Below, piece by piece: positions 12,753-23,479 of a stretch of DNA of 64,000 nucleotides (positions are counted from its first letter, which is position 1; every line of letters begins with the position of its first letter). Below the pieces are notes generated by a model. It was given only the letters and a program-made list of their open reading frames with translations, was not told the origin of the DNA and made no database searches. Location: NCBI RefSeq assembly GCF_049075655.1, contig NZ_CP157522.1:1248001-1312000 (forward strand), in the 5' to 3' direction. A program made the position numbers and the translations under genes. The DNA is from Methanothermococcus sp. Ax23 (GTDB lineage: Archaea > AGJL01 > Methanococci > Methanococcales > Methanococcaceae).

Positions 12753-13334
12753 TTATTCAATAATCACATTTTTTTCGATTTCGCATCCTAAGGAATTACT
12801 TATAAGACATTTTTTAGAGCTCTCCAATATTAGCTCTTTTAATTCACTCCCATTTGAATTACCATTAATTTTAGCATGGATATTTAATATTATCTTCTCA
12901 ATACATCCCTTTTCAAAGTTCTTTTTAACCATTGCATTAACTTTAATATTTCCAATTATTCCCTTTTCAGCAAGAGCTCTCCCAACTGCAATAGAGACAC
13001 AACCACAAAGTCCAGATAAAAACAAATCCATAGGAGATATTGAATCCTTTGTAGCTCCTTTGCCCCCCTTTGAATTTATTTTTAGCCCTTTAACATTTAT
13101 GGAAGTTTCAAAATCCTTTATGAAAGTTGCGGATATTTCGCAGTCATTGCTTTTAGATACGATTATATCCACAATCTTTTTTATAAATTCCTCCCTTTCA
13201 TTTTTTGGAATATTCATTAAATGTTTTTCCATAACCTTAGGTATCATTTCAGGCATCATCTTTGGCATCATAGTTTCGCACATTTCAGAGCTCATCATAG
13301 TTTGCATCATTTCCTTCATCATCTCTGGATTCAT
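12753..13334 (-). CDS. OsmC-family protein with Met-rich N-terminus
   Basis: SPMDLFLSGLCGC...CLISNSL OsmC cysteine pair. Confidence 0.75.
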   Translation of the reverse strand: MNPEMMKEMMQTMMSSEMCETMMPKMMPEMIPKVMEKHLMNIPKNEREEFIKKIVDIIVSKSNDCEISATFIKDFETSINVKGLKINSKGGKGATKDSISPMDLFLSGLCGCVSIAVGRALAEKGIIGNIKVNAMVKKNFEKGCIEKIILNIHAKINGNSNGSELKELILESSKKCLISNSLGCEIEKNVIIE

Positions 13335-13370
13335 ATCACCACCCTTTTATTTTATTTTAAAATATTCAAA

Positions 13371-14414
13371 TTAATGCCCTTTAAATGGATATCCATGATA
13401 TGTTGCTATTGCGGTTTTTACAAGAGTAATTGCCCATAATCCAAATAACAGCCAGTATAATCCAAAACCAACATAGTCAATTATATTATACTGGAATATT
13501 CCATAAATCATATGGCTGGATGCCACATAAGCACCAAGAGGGAATATAAATGCCCACCAAGGCATACCATAAGGCAATTTTAGATTTTTAATATAGTATA
13601 TTGTCATTATTATTGCCATCACAGCCCACCATAATCCAAAGCCCCAGAATAAGAATGAAAATATATAAAACGGCTCTTTTACAGATACAAATGGTGAGTT
13701 ATTCACTAAATTGAGTAATGCTATAATCCCAGCACCAATTGGTCCCAAATTAATCCATATTGTTGGTGCTAATGCGGAAGGTAATGGATTGTGTAGTATG
13801 AACCTATACATTACAACAGCAAGTAAAGCCAAATAAGCAAATATTCCTGCCCCTAATCCATAGTAATTTACTAAAACCACCAATTCATGAATTAATCCTG
13901 TGGTATGTGGCATTATTAAACTTCCTGCAATAGCCATAACCAATAAACCCACTGGTGGAATATACCAGCCTGGATTTACATGGTCCAACTTTATATGCTC
14001 TGATTTGAACATGTAAAATGTCACAACTGTGCTGAATATTATCATCCCTATTACGCCGATTCCCCAAAATATTTCTCCAATAAACATATTATGCCCGATA
14101 CTTATGAAATCAGACGCTAACACGAGCATTGCCACGGCAACTGTTGGATAGAATGAACTTAATATTGGATGCTTCAAGTCAGCAAAGGCATTTTTAGGAT
14201 ACATTATCCATCTTAAAGTCCAAGGTATTATAAATGCAAAGAACATTAATATATTAAAATAAAACAATATTATGGCAATATTGTTTAATGCTGGAATATA
14301 CGACGAATACATCATGCTAGATATTGCTAAAATACCCGTTCCCATTACCGCTGCAAACCACGATGGTATGAAATTTTTAATAATATCACATTTTGATTCA
14401 CATGCCTCTAGCAC
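13371..14414 (-). CDS. TDT (tellurite-resistance/dicarboxylate, SLAC1-like) transporter
   Basis: PSWFAAVMGTG, WYIPPVG, WWAFIFPLG; ~10 TM segments. Confidence 0.88.
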   Translation of the reverse strand: MLEACESKCDIIKNFIPSWFAAVMGTGILAISSMMYSSYIPALNNIAIILFYFNILMFFAFIIPWTLRWIMYPKNAFADLKHPILSSFYPTVAVAMLVLASDFISIGHNMFIGEIFWGIGVIGMIIFSTVVTFYMFKSEHIKLDHVNPGWYIPPVGLLVMAIAGSLIMPHTTGLIHELVVLVNYYGLGAGIFAYLALLAVVMYRFILHNPLPSALAPTIWINLGPIGAGIIALLNLVNNSPFVSVKEPFYIFSFLFWGFGLWWAVMAIIMTIYYIKNLKLPYGMPWWAFIFPLGAYVASSHMIYGIFQYNIIDYVGFGLYWLLFGLWAITLVKTAIATYHGYPFKGH

Positions 14415-14555
14415 ATTCTCACCTATTTTTACCCATATGTGTATAGTCCTAATGTCATTGTATTTAAACCTTCCGATTAATCGATATATTTTAATGTTTT
14501 TTAAATATATTTGGATATTATGATATACATTAAAAAAATAAAAAATAAATAAAAA

Positions 14556-15272
14556 TTAAAGTAGGTTATGTCTTCGTTTTATGCCGTCGTATAAATCTAT
14601 TACATTTCCATTTAAAAAGGCAGACATTGTATATATCACTCCCGGCGGTAGGATATTTGTGGCAGTCCCTCTTTTAACAAAATACAAATTATCAAAACTT
14701 AGTAATCCACCGAATATTAATCCTGCTAATTTTGGGAGCTCCTTTAATTCCTCAAAAGTTATGACTACAACAGGGTCATCTGTGTCAACGCCGGAATATC
14801 CAACACCATGAATCTTTTTTGGATTATCTGATATGCTGGAACCCACATCAAAGCCGTATTTCTTCCCAATATCTTCAACAAACAATGCCATTTCATTTAC
14901 GATATCCTCTCCCCCATAGGTGTCAAAGGAAACTATTAAAGCGTCGCCGTATTCAGAACCTGCTTTTGCAACTGCATAGGAGACGCCTTCTCCTGCATCC
15001 TCGGGGCATTGGGAAATTCCATTTAAATCCTCAAAACCTTCTGCATGTTTTTTTAGTAAGTTTATAATGCTTTTATTGGTTTCTTCGATTAAATTTTCAG
15101 GGACAAAGGATGTAATTACTATATCATCCCCTGTGATATTTGAAAGTGCCGATTTTACACCTGGGGGCGTAATTAATGGCAGTTCTCTGCTTATTTTCTC
15201 ATTTACAATATGATTTGTTTCCACATCATTTGATGATATATCTATACTTATCGAAGTGATGTATTTTTCCAT
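14556..15272 (-). CDS. hypothetical protein
   Basis: 238-aa ORF with host-like composition; no motif recognised. Confidence 0.6.
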   Translation of the reverse strand: MEKYITSISIDISSNDVETNHIVNEKISRELPLITPPGVKSALSNITGDDIVITSFVPENLIEETNKSIINLLKKHAEGFEDLNGISQCPEDAGEGVSYAVAKAGSEYGDALIVSFDTYGGEDIVNEMALFVEDIGKKYGFDVGSSISDNPKKIHGVGYSGVDTDDPVVVITFEELKELPKLAGLIFGGLLSFDNLYFVKRGTATNILPPGVIYTMSAFLNGNVIDLYDGIKRRHNLL

Positions 15273-15316
15273 GTTATCATCGCATTTATTTTTAGAATTT
15301 TATAAAATAAAGTCAT

Positions 15317-15408
15317 CGTTGCGTAGCAAGCGACCTAAAACCTACGGTTTTAAGTTTTACTCATTTCATTCGTAAATGCAACGAAATCACTTTGTGATTT
15401 CGTCTAAT
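15317..15408 (-). repeat. two tandem double-hairpin micro-elements overlapping the cupin stop
   Basis: minus strand ATTAGACGAAATCACAAAGTGATTTCGTTGC plus hairpin; second unit ends CGCTTGCTACGCAACG, as in the 31248 insert. Confidence 0.8.
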
Positions 15409-15773
15409 TCCATTAGTTCTGTATCTTCGTGAGAGTAGGGAGGAGAACAACAGCATAATATCTTTAAAGGTATATTATTTATATTTTCAATTTGGTGAGG
15501 AGCTCCCGGAGGGATACATATTGTGTCTCCTTTTTTAACCTCAAATTTATTGTCGCTTATAGTCATCATCCCCTTACCTTCCACAATGTAATATATCTCT
15601 TCGGATTTATGATGCTTATGCAATAAGGTTTTAGCCCCCACTGGAACGGTTGCTTCCGCTAGACTCTGTTTCTCATTTCCATGAACCATCGGGTGCATTA
15701 ACTCTCGAATTATTGAGCTGTCTTTGGTAATGTATGGATTAATCCCAGCATATTCAGTTTTTATTATTTTCAT
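15387..15773 (-). CDS. cupin domain protein
   Basis: HKHHKSEEIYYI...GDTICIPPGAPHQI. Confidence 0.85.
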   Translation of the reverse strand: MKIIKTEYAGINPYITKDSSIIRELMHPMVHGNEKQSLAEATVPVGAKTLLHKHHKSEEIYYIVEGKGMMTISDNKFEVKKGDTICIPPGAPHQIENINNIPLKILCCCSPPYSHEDTELMELDEITK

Positions 15774-15891
15774 ATTGCACCAATTCCTTATATTTTTGAT
15801 GTTATTATATTATTTATGAAAAATGAAATTTAAAAATCTTTCTTTCGAGTGGTGTAGTTGGCAGTAGTTATAGCCATACGCTTACATAAAC

Positions 15892-16683
15892 TTAAACGAA
15901 TTCCACCATATTTCTACATACTCCCAGTTTCATGGTTGTTTTTTTATAGTTTTCCATCCACTCCCTTTTAAATCTATTTAACACATAGCTATCGTAAATA
16001 TATTCTACATCAGTTTTTGCATCCATCAGTATAAGTCCCTCTGCTGGTGCTGGTGCTACACCCTCTTTATGATTTTCACATAGGAGCTCATCTATCCAAC
16101 CCACAGGTTTGTTCTCTTTTCCCACCTCAGATAGTGTAGTAATTATTTTTCTTACCATATTCCACAGGAAACTTTTGCCGATAACATCAATTGTAATGTA
16201 GTATGGATTTTCATCAATTTTTATATCATATATTGTCCTAATTGGGCTTTTTTCCTTTGTTCTATCTCTTTTAGATAGATTATGGAATGAATGCGTTCCT
16301 ATGAGTTTTTTTGAAGCCTCCTTCATTAAATCAATATTATATTCATCATCATATGGTATATTAGGTAATATATATCTGTAATGTCTATATTTTACCTCAG
16401 GAATGCCATTTATTTTATTATATCCTAAAATCCAAATCCCTTTATTTTTTAATTTTGAATAAATATATGATAATATCGGCTCTTGGTTTAATTCCACCAC
16501 TATAAAATTTCCAATTGCAGAAACTCCTTTATCAGTCCTCCCACCATAAAAAATTATTTTGTCATTTGCTAAATAATTACATTCTCTTAAAGCATCCATT
16601 ATTTTATCACAAACTGTTTCTTTGTGGGGTTGAGATTGGAATCCATAATTATACTCATCATATGCTACTTTTAAGATATACAT
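15892..16683 (-). CDS. truA: tRNA pseudouridine(38-40) synthase
   Basis: GRTDKGVSA, SFLWNMVR, APAEGL. Confidence 0.93.
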   Translation of the reverse strand: MYILKVAYDEYNYGFQSQPHKETVCDKIMDALRECNYLANDKIIFYGGRTDKGVSAIGNFIVVELNQEPILSYIYSKLKNKGIWILGYNKINGIPEVKYRHYRYILPNIPYDDEYNIDLMKEASKKLIGTHSFHNLSKRDRTKEKSPIRTIYDIKIDENPYYITIDVIGKSFLWNMVRKIITTLSEVGKENKPVGWIDELLCENHKEGVAPAPAEGLILMDAKTDVEYIYDSYVLNRFKREWMENYKKTTMKLGVCRNMVEFV

Positions 16684-16827
16684 AATATCACAATAATAAT
16701 ATACTCATATAATTGCATAATATATAATATTATAATTTGGAAGAGATATTTTTAAATCAAAATTAAAATAGATGTGAAATATACAATATATATTATATTT
16801 CTTAATTTGATATAAAAAAGTGATAGT

Positions 16828-18090
16828 ATGAAAACTCTAATTATAGACCCCAAAATATCTGGAATATCTGGTGATATGTTTATATCTGCACTTATTGATT
16901 TAACCGATGATATTGATTTATTAGGGGAGCTCACCTCCACCATCAACAATTTGAAAAACTGCAAAAAATTTGAAGTAGATATTAAGGAAGAAAAAATAAA
17001 CGGTATAGTGGTAAAAAAGCTTTATATGAATATAATTGAAGATAGATTCCACCGCCCAGAAGATTTAAAAGATGCGATTAAGGAAGTTTCTAATAATTTA
17101 AATTTATCTGAAAAAGCAAATAATATAATCTGTAATATCATAGACGATTTAATATATGCCGAAAAAAAGCTCCATAAAACCGACTTCCACCTTCACGAAG
17201 TGGCATCCCTTGATACAGTTTTTGATGTTGTTGGAAGCGTAATGCTTCTTGAAAAAAACGGATTTTTGGACGGAAAAATATACTCCACGCCCCCAGTTCT
17301 TGGCGGTGGATATGTGAGTATGGAACACGGTATTTTATCAGTTCCAGCTCCTGCTACCCTTGAAATATTATGCAAACATGGTATAAAATACTCCAATCCA
17401 CCTTATGCCACCAAATTTGAACATACCACACCAACGGGCATTGCCATACTTTCCAATGTAGTTGATGAAATTGTGGATAACTTTCCCCCTATGACACCCA
17501 TAAAAGTTGGATATGGCGGAGGCTCAAAGATATTAAAAGAAGTTCCAAATATTTTAAGAGTTATTGAAGGAAAAATAAATAAAAACATAGAAAAAAACAT
17601 GGTTGTGCTTGAAACTAATGTGGATGATGTTTCTGGGGAGATTATAGGAAATCTTTTTGAAAAACTACTAAATGAAGGGGCAAAAGAAGTATTTGTTGTA
17701 AATGGTATCGGAAAGAAAAACCGACCCACCAATATTATTTCTGTAATCACAAATTATGCAAAATCTGAAAAACTTGCAAAAATGCTTATGGAAGAAACTG
17801 GAACATTAGGAGTAAGAATAAAAGAAATAGATAGAATAAAGGCAGAACGAATTGAAAAAACCTATTTTATTAATATAAATGGTAAAGAATTTAAATTTAA
17901 TGTGAAAATATCATCTATTGACGATAAAATAATAAATATGAAACCAGAATATGAAGACGCCAAAAAAATAGCAGAGGAGTTAAAAATACCCCTTAGAAAG
18001 GTTTTAAAGATGTTGGATAATGAAATCACCTGTGTAGCAGGTGAGCAACGAAATCATGAAGTGATTTCGTCTAATTTACGAGCGAAGTGA
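16828..18090 (+). CDS. larC: nickel pincer cofactor biosynthesis protein LarC
   Basis: GISGDM, HLHEV, HGILSVPAPA, ETNVDD, KPEYED; last ~20 aa come from a hairpin insert. Confidence 0.88.
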   Translation: MKTLIIDPKISGISGDMFISALIDLTDDIDLLGELTSTINNLKNCKKFEVDIKEEKINGIVVKKLYMNIIEDRFHRPEDLKDAIKEVSNNLNLSEKANNIICNIIDDLIYAEKKLHKTDFHLHEVASLDTVFDVVGSVMLLEKNGFLDGKIYSTPPVLGGGYVSMEHGILSVPAPATLEILCKHGIKYSNPPYATKFEHTTPTGIAILSNVVDEIVDNFPPMTPIKVGYGGGSKILKEVPNILRVIEGKINKNIEKNMVVLETNVDDVSGEIIGNLFEKLLNEGAKEVFVVNGIGKKNRPTNIISVITNYAKSEKLAKMLMEETGTLGVRIKEIDRIKAERIEKTYFININGKEFKFNVKISSIDDKIINMKPEYEDAKKIAEELKIPLRKVLKMLDNEITCVAGEQRNHEVISSNLRAK

Positions 18091-18115
18091 GTAAATAAAC
18101 AAATCATGAGGATTT
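18026..18115. repeat. double-hairpin micro-element(s) at the larC 3' end
   Basis: minus strand ATTAGACGAAATCACTTCATGATTTCGTTGCTCACCTGCTACACAGGTGA (18075-18026), then TTACGAGCGAAGTGAGTAA and ACAAATC-ATGAG-GATTTGT hairpins. Confidence 0.8.
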
Positions 18116-18354
18116 GTCAGCTACCAACGACTAAAGTCGTTGGCTTGCCCTTCCAACTCCCTCAATAATAAGGGCGGAGGACATTAGGCTGGCTGACGGA
18201 CAGCCCAGTATTATTCACCAATAATGCCCTTCCAACCGTATCCACTCTACCGAGCTTCGTGCCTTAGGGCTTATTACAATTTATAGTTTATACAACATAT
18301 AAATTTTTCGGCTCCTCCAACGGCTAAAACCGTTGGCTTCCTGCCGAAGGAGTC
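18116..18354 (-). mobile_element. non-autonomous IS200/IS605-type element (239 bp) with probable stand-alone omegaRNA
   Basis: left: TCAC|GACTCC..GAAG-CCAACGGTTTTAGCCGTTGG; right: CAAG-CCAACGACTTTAGTCGTTGG-TAGCTGAC; both guide/cleavage tetramers fit the IS608 pairing rule; internal BRE-TATA CGAAAAATTTATAT. Confidence 0.8.
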
Positions 18355-18368
18355 GTGAAATTTCCAAA

Positions 18369-19064
18369 TCACCACACCTTTAAATCAATGCCTTCAATAT
18401 ATACTCTGTTTCCTTCAACTTCAACAACTACTCCTGAATGAACCTTTTGCATCATGCAGTGATTTGGTATAAACTTAACAGTATGCCCGACTTCGGGAAC
18501 CTTTCCAATAACTATGCCTTCAAATGCCACAACCATGGCAAGACCTACATTTATATATTCTTTTTCTTCCCCTGTGATTCTATGGCATGGTCCTTCAATA
18601 TGGACAATATATAACCCATGATTTTCATCAATTATTTTAGCAAAATGTGGTATTGGACAGCCCAATGGTCTGTATTGGATATAATCTCCAATTTTTAAAG
18701 GTCTTTTATCCGTAATCATTAAAGTTTCCCTGCATGAATGTTCATTAGGTAGCGGGTCCAACAGAAAATCTGCTTCATATCCATCAATTACCCCAACTAG
18801 TTTTTTATCTTTTTCATTTTCTTCCTTTTCTTCTTTTTCCACTTTTGATTTTACCTCTTTTTTATGCTCAACATCCTTTAATAATTCTTTTAACTCCTTC
18901 ATATTTTCCTTAAAATCTTCCCTAAATAAAAATGGGCATTTATCTGGTGAAGTTTCACCATTTAAAAGTTCCTCTGCAAAAATATCACATCGTTTATAAC
19001 CGCATGCTTTGCAGTTGTATCCGGGAAGCAATTTTATTATTTTATTTAATTTATTTACATCCAT
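18369..19064 (-). CDS. Fe-S cluster-binding protein (RnfB-like N-terminal FeS domain)
   Basis: LPGYNCKACGYKRC...CP; GCP and HCMMQKVH C-terminal domain. Confidence 0.75.
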   Translation of the reverse strand: MDVNKLNKIIKLLPGYNCKACGYKRCDIFAEELLNGETSPDKCPFLFREDFKENMKELKELLKDVEHKKEVKSKVEKEEKEENEKDKKLVGVIDGYEADFLLDPLPNEHSCRETLMITDKRPLKIGDYIQYRPLGCPIPHFAKIIDENHGLYIVHIEGPCHRITGEEKEYINVGLAMVVAFEGIVIGKVPEVGHTVKFIPNHCMMQKVHSGVVVEVEGNRVYIEGIDLKVW

Positions 19065-19065
19065 A

Positions 19066-19818
19066 TTATTCCCCTGTGTATTTTGTAAATCCATCGATTC
19101 TTCTTAAAACTCCTCTGTGGTATTTCTTTGAAACTCTTGTTTCTCCAACACAAAGGGTGCAAATACATAATGGGGCATTGTGCCTTAATTCCTCATCTTC
19201 TAAACTTGTCAGTGGTTTTGTTTCAGCTATTTCATCAGCCAATTCTCCGCAACCCTGACCGCTTAATCCATTTACATCGTAAATTCTACAATTGGGATTC
19301 ATCTCCAAAATTCTTTCCCTAAATACTTCCCTTTCTGCCTGAGAGATTATATCTCCTTTTGTAATTGCCACAACATCGGCACTTGTCAAAAATGGACCAA
19401 CCTTTCTTGGTGTATTTGGACCAGATGTTGCATCTATCACACAGATTCCAAGGCTGTTTTTTGTATATGGGGCACACCTATGGCACAACCCTGCGGTTTC
19501 AATTATGAGTATGTCAATATCTTCATCTTGATTTTTTGCCCATTCAACCATTTCTTCCATATTATATATTGCAAAATGGTCTGGACACATATCCTTACTA
19601 AGACCTATAAGGGTGGGGATGCCTAATTTACCATACCTTACATCGTCATCCGTATAAAGACAGTCAATTTTAACAACCGCTGGTTTATGTCCTGCATTCA
19701 TAAGATTTTTAATTGTATGTATTAATACGGAAGTTTTTCCTGCTCCCGGTGTTCCCGCCACTATGCTTATTTTTATATCTTTTTTATTTGTTTTATCTAT
19801 TTTATTTAAATTATCCAT
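19066..19818 (-). CDS. CobW/HypB/UreG-type G3E GTPase
   Basis: [20 protein letters not shown]. Confidence 0.82.
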   Translation of the reverse strand: MDNLNKIDKTNKKDIKISIVAGTPGAGKTSVLIHTIKNLMNAGHKPAVVKIDCLYTDDDVRYGKLGIPTLIGLSKDMCPDHFAIYNMEEMVEWAKNQDEDIDILIIETAGLCHRCAPYTKNSLGICVIDATSGPNTPRKVGPFLTSADVVAITKGDIISQAEREVFRERILEMNPNCRIYDVNGLSGQGCGELADEIAETKPLTSLEDEELRHNAPLCICTLCVGETRVSKKYHRGVLRRIDGFTKYTGE

Positions 19819-19827
19819 TATTTCACC

Positions 19828-20607
19828 TTATACTGTAAATTCTATATCTTCCAATGCCAATCTCTCGCCATGCCTTATTTTTTCTCTCATTGACAGCATC
19901 CAGTTGTCTATGTCATTTAATTTCTTTGAAACTTCTTTTTCTTCCTCGGTAGTTTCAATAATTTCAGACATCCCGCCGTTTTTCATTACAACCCTTCTAT
20001 CTGTCATAAGTGCTAAAACTGGGTCATGGGTAATTACCATCACAATTTTTCCATAACCTGCAAGGAGCTCCAAAGCCTCATGCTTCTTAATCCCTGCGTT
20101 TTCTATCTCATCGATTAATACAATAGGAGAATCACTTATAACTGCCACATCTGCAACCATTAAACTTCTTGACTGCCCACCGCTTAAAATCGTTAAGTTA
20201 TAGTCCTTTTTAATCGGTTCTCCTGTTAATTTATTTGCTAAATTTATTATTTCATCTACTATTCCTTCTTTTTCTATGCCTCTACTTTTTGCGTGCATCA
20301 ATAGGAACTCTTCAACAGTCATGTCTGCTAAAAAGTTCATGTTTTGGGATAATTGAGCTATCCTTCTTTTTCTTGGGTCTCTTCTCATATCAACTGGTGG
20401 AACTTCCCCATTTATCAATATTTTTCTTCTTGAAAGGGTATCCCCCTGTGCTAACTGCTCAATATCGCTTATTAAATTTGATTTTCCACTACCTGTTGGA
20501 CCTACAACACCAAATATTTCTCCTTTTTTTACAGTTAATTCCCTAACAGCCTCTGGCTCTCCAAATTTGTTGTATCCGCCAATTATCGTAATTTCATTTA
20601 TATCCAT
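19828..20607 (-). CDS. ABC-type ATP-binding protein (no adjacent permease)
   Basis: [21 protein letters not shown]. Confidence 0.85.
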   Translation of the reverse strand: MDINEITIIGGYNKFGEPEAVRELTVKKGEIFGVVGPTGSGKSNLISDIEQLAQGDTLSRRKILINGEVPPVDMRRDPRKRRIAQLSQNMNFLADMTVEEFLLMHAKSRGIEKEGIVDEIINLANKLTGEPIKKDYNLTILSGGQSRSLMVADVAVISDSPIVLIDEIENAGIKKHEALELLAGYGKIVMVITHDPVLALMTDRRVVMKNGGMSEIIETTEEEKEVSKKLNDIDNWMLSMREKIRHGERLALEDIEFTV

Positions 20608-20707
20608 AGTATCACATATTTTTATATAATTATATTTCATCTATTTATTTAATTATTATTTGTTGGTTAATTATTATTACCATTGCCAATTACCAATTAC
20701 CAATTAT

Positions 20708-21466
20708 TCACTGTATTTTTCCAAAAGTATCTCCCCTTAATCCTCTTCTGAGTGTTTCAAGGGATATTACTTCATCGTAAGCTATATTTCCTAAATTAAC
20801 ATCATTTCCAACTTTTAATATAAATTCAACCTGCTGATTCTTATTTGGTGCTTCAAATATGATTTTTTCAACTGGGACATTATTAATTAGGGTTTCAAAT
20901 TCAGACACCTTTACATTTCCTTCTTTATCGAATAATCCGATGGATTTTCCGCTTTCCCTACCTTCGATAATTACATAATCTGCTCCTGCTTTTAAGTCCT
21001 CATTTATTAGATTTATTCTATCCATTATGCTCAATTCCTTGTCCTTTTCTATACTCTTTTTTCCAACTTCTGTTAAAACGATAAATCCTTCATCCTTTGC
21101 CTTTTTTATGGCATTTTTTCTATCTTCCAAACTTAAATCCATTGAACCATTAGATATTTCCACAGCTTCAAAACCGAGCTCCTTACATTCATTTAAATAT
21201 TCATCAAATATTCCTCTTGAAAAACAAACCTCAAATAAAGTTCCGCCGGGATATACTTTTATTCCGTATTCTTTGTAATTTCCTATCTTTTCTTTTACAA
21301 TGTCCCTATCCTGAACTGCACTTGTTCCCCAGCCAAATTTAATAAAGGTTATGTATTTTCCGCAAACTTTCAAATAATCTTTTACAAAATCAGGGGAGAG
21401 CCCCTTGTCCAAAACCATTGTAATGCCCTTTTCTCTTTCAATATCTAAAAAACCAAATGCATTCAT
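20708..21466 (-). CDS. comA: phosphosulfolactate synthase (coenzyme M biosynthesis)
   Basis: GITMVLDKG, KFGWGT, EVGKK, EGRESG, LRRGLRGDT. Confidence 0.93.
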   Translation of the reverse strand: MNAFGFLDIEREKGITMVLDKGLSPDFVKDYLKVCGKYITFIKFGWGTSAVQDRDIVKEKIGNYKEYGIKVYPGGTLFEVCFSRGIFDEYLNECKELGFEAVEISNGSMDLSLEDRKNAIKKAKDEGFIVLTEVGKKSIEKDKELSIMDRINLINEDLKAGADYVIIEGRESGKSIGLFDKEGNVKVSEFETLINNVPVEKIIFEAPNKNQQVEFILKVGNDVNLGNIAYDEVISLETLRRGLRGDTFGKIQ

Positions 21467-21896
21467 ATTATCGCCTTTTTATTTTAACTTTTTATCTTAT
21501 TATTTTCATTTATATTCTTTTTATCTTATAAGAAAATTTTGATATTAAATATATATTAAAGTATAATTTTTAGTTATTATAGGATTAATATTTTATATAT
21601 TTTTTGATTTGATTTTTACTATGATAACAATATAGACACACATATGATAAAAAGGAATGGTATAAAAAAGGAAGAGTAGATATTCATTTGATTTTTCTCC
21701 ACAAACTAAAACAATTTGATTTCAAAAAAACAATTTTAAAGTTATGTGTATTTTCTCCGTTGGCAATAGGTTTTTATTTATATTTGATATATATTATAAA
21801 CAAAATAATAATTTAAAATAATAATTTAAAAGCCCAATTAAATGTATTAAACTATGTTAAACATACATTAGATGATTAAATATCGGGGGCGGTAAT

Positions 21897-22523
21897 TTGA
21901 CCATATTTCTCTTTAAAAGAAAACCTGAAAAAGAAGTTATAAATCTATTAAAAACTCATGTTTCCCTATCTATTGATAGTATTAAATTATTGGATGAATA
22001 TATTGATGATAAGAGCGATAATAAATTACGTGAAATTGTAAAACTTGAAAAAGAAGGGGATGAAATAAGAAAAAGAGTAATATTAAATCTCTATGAAGCA
22101 TTTTTGCCCAGCATGAAGAAAGAATTAAATTATTCAATTGAAATTCTTGATGAAGTCCTTGATAGTATTAAGCACGGAGCTCTGATATATGATTTGATGA
22201 CTTTTGATTTAGATGAAACTATCAAGGAAAAGTGCAAATTAATATTAAATATATCCTTAAACATGCTAAACTCAATGGATAATTTAATAGATGTGTTTGA
22301 AAACGGGGGTGATTTTAAAAAACATATAAAAGACATAAAAGCAGGAGAAGAAGAAATTGATGATATTCATCATGAAATTTATAGATATATGGTGAATATG
22401 GAAATAAACTCCTTTTGGGAAGGGAAACTTATGAGTGATTTTGTAGATAGGATAACTGAGATAAGCGATTATATCGAAAATGTGGCTGATGAATTTCAAA
22501 TAATATATCTAAGTTATCGGTGA
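21897..22523 (+). CDS. DUF47/PhoU-like phosphate transport regulator
   Basis: EKEGDE...EEEIDD...SDYIENVAD repeats; overlaps the pit gene. Confidence 0.82.
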   Translation: MTIFLFKRKPEKEVINLLKTHVSLSIDSIKLLDEYIDDKSDNKLREIVKLEKEGDEIRKRVILNLYEAFLPSMKKELNYSIEILDEVLDSIKHGALIYDLMTFDLDETIKEKCKLILNISLNMLNSMDNLIDVFENGGDFKKHIKDIKAGEEEIDDIHHEIYRYMVNMEINSFWEGKLMSDFVDRITEISDYIENVADEFQIIYLSYR

Positions 22524-23413
22524 TTAACATACTGGAATCAATAGCTCTATTAAGTGGGATATACATTGCATTCGTAATTGGGGCAAATGACACAGCAAAT
22601 GCTCTTGGCACATCAGTTGGAGCAAATTTAATGAGCTATAAAAAATTAGTGTTAATATTTGGAGTATTTGTGTTATTGGGATGTTTAAATGCTCACAATG
22701 TGGGGCATACAGTGAGCTCCATAGTATCGGGAAATATTGTTCCTTCATTGGTTATTGCAGGGTTAATTATCACAGTAATTACCTACAAAAAAATACCAAT
22801 ATCTACCCACCAAGTAATTGTATGTGCATTGGTTGGATTGAACATGAGCTCCGCAAACATGGAGTTATTTATGAAAATTATTGGAAGTTGGATAACTTCA
22901 CCAGTATTAACTGCATTAATTTCCTTTATACTTTATAAATTGTTTGAACACTCAAACATACCTATCTTAAAAAGAGTAGAATTATTAAAATATGGATTAA
23001 TATTAAGTGGGGGGCTTATAGCATATAATTTAGGTTCAAATGACCTTCCCACAGCCCTTGGTGCAATATCGGATAATACATATGTTTTTTTTATGGGGGG
23101 AATTGCCCTTATAATCGGAGCTCTGTTGTTTGGGAAGGGAGTTTCTGAAACTGTTGGTATGAATCTTGTTAAATTAAGTCCACTGGCGGCATTTGTGGCA
23201 CAGTTATCCGCAGGAATAAGCGTTTTTGTATTTACGCAGTTTGGAATGCCAGTTTCCACAACTCAGGCAATAATCGGCGGTGTTGTGGGAGTTGGATTAA
23301 CAAAGGGTATCAAAACAGTTAAATGGAAAACATTGTCAAATATTGTATTAGGGTGGGTTTCTGCCCCAAGTTTTGCATTGATTGTTGGTTATTTGATTGA
23401 AATATTAAAATAG
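22520..23413 (+). CDS. inorganic phosphate transporter (PiT family)
   Basis: GANDTAN, PISTHQ, GSND, PVSTTQ. Confidence 0.9.
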   Translation: MINILESIALLSGIYIAFVIGANDTANALGTSVGANLMSYKKLVLIFGVFVLLGCLNAHNVGHTVSSIVSGNIVPSLVIAGLIITVITYKKIPISTHQVIVCALVGLNMSSANMELFMKIIGSWITSPVLTALISFILYKLFEHSNIPILKRVELLKYGLILSGGLIAYNLGSNDLPTALGAISDNTYVFFMGGIALIIGALLFGKGVSETVGMNLVKLSPLAAFVAQLSAGISVFVFTQFGMPVSTTQAIIGGVVGVGLTKGIKTVKWKTLSNIVLGWVSAPSFALIVGYLIEILK

Positions 23414-23479
23414 ATAAAAATAGAATGCATCTTTTATATTTTATTTTTATTATTCCTTTATTTTCATTTAATTATTATC

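Noticed and set aside
20682-20707. (CAATTAC)x3 short tandem repeat after comA
   Set aside because: Too short and low-complexity to support a function.
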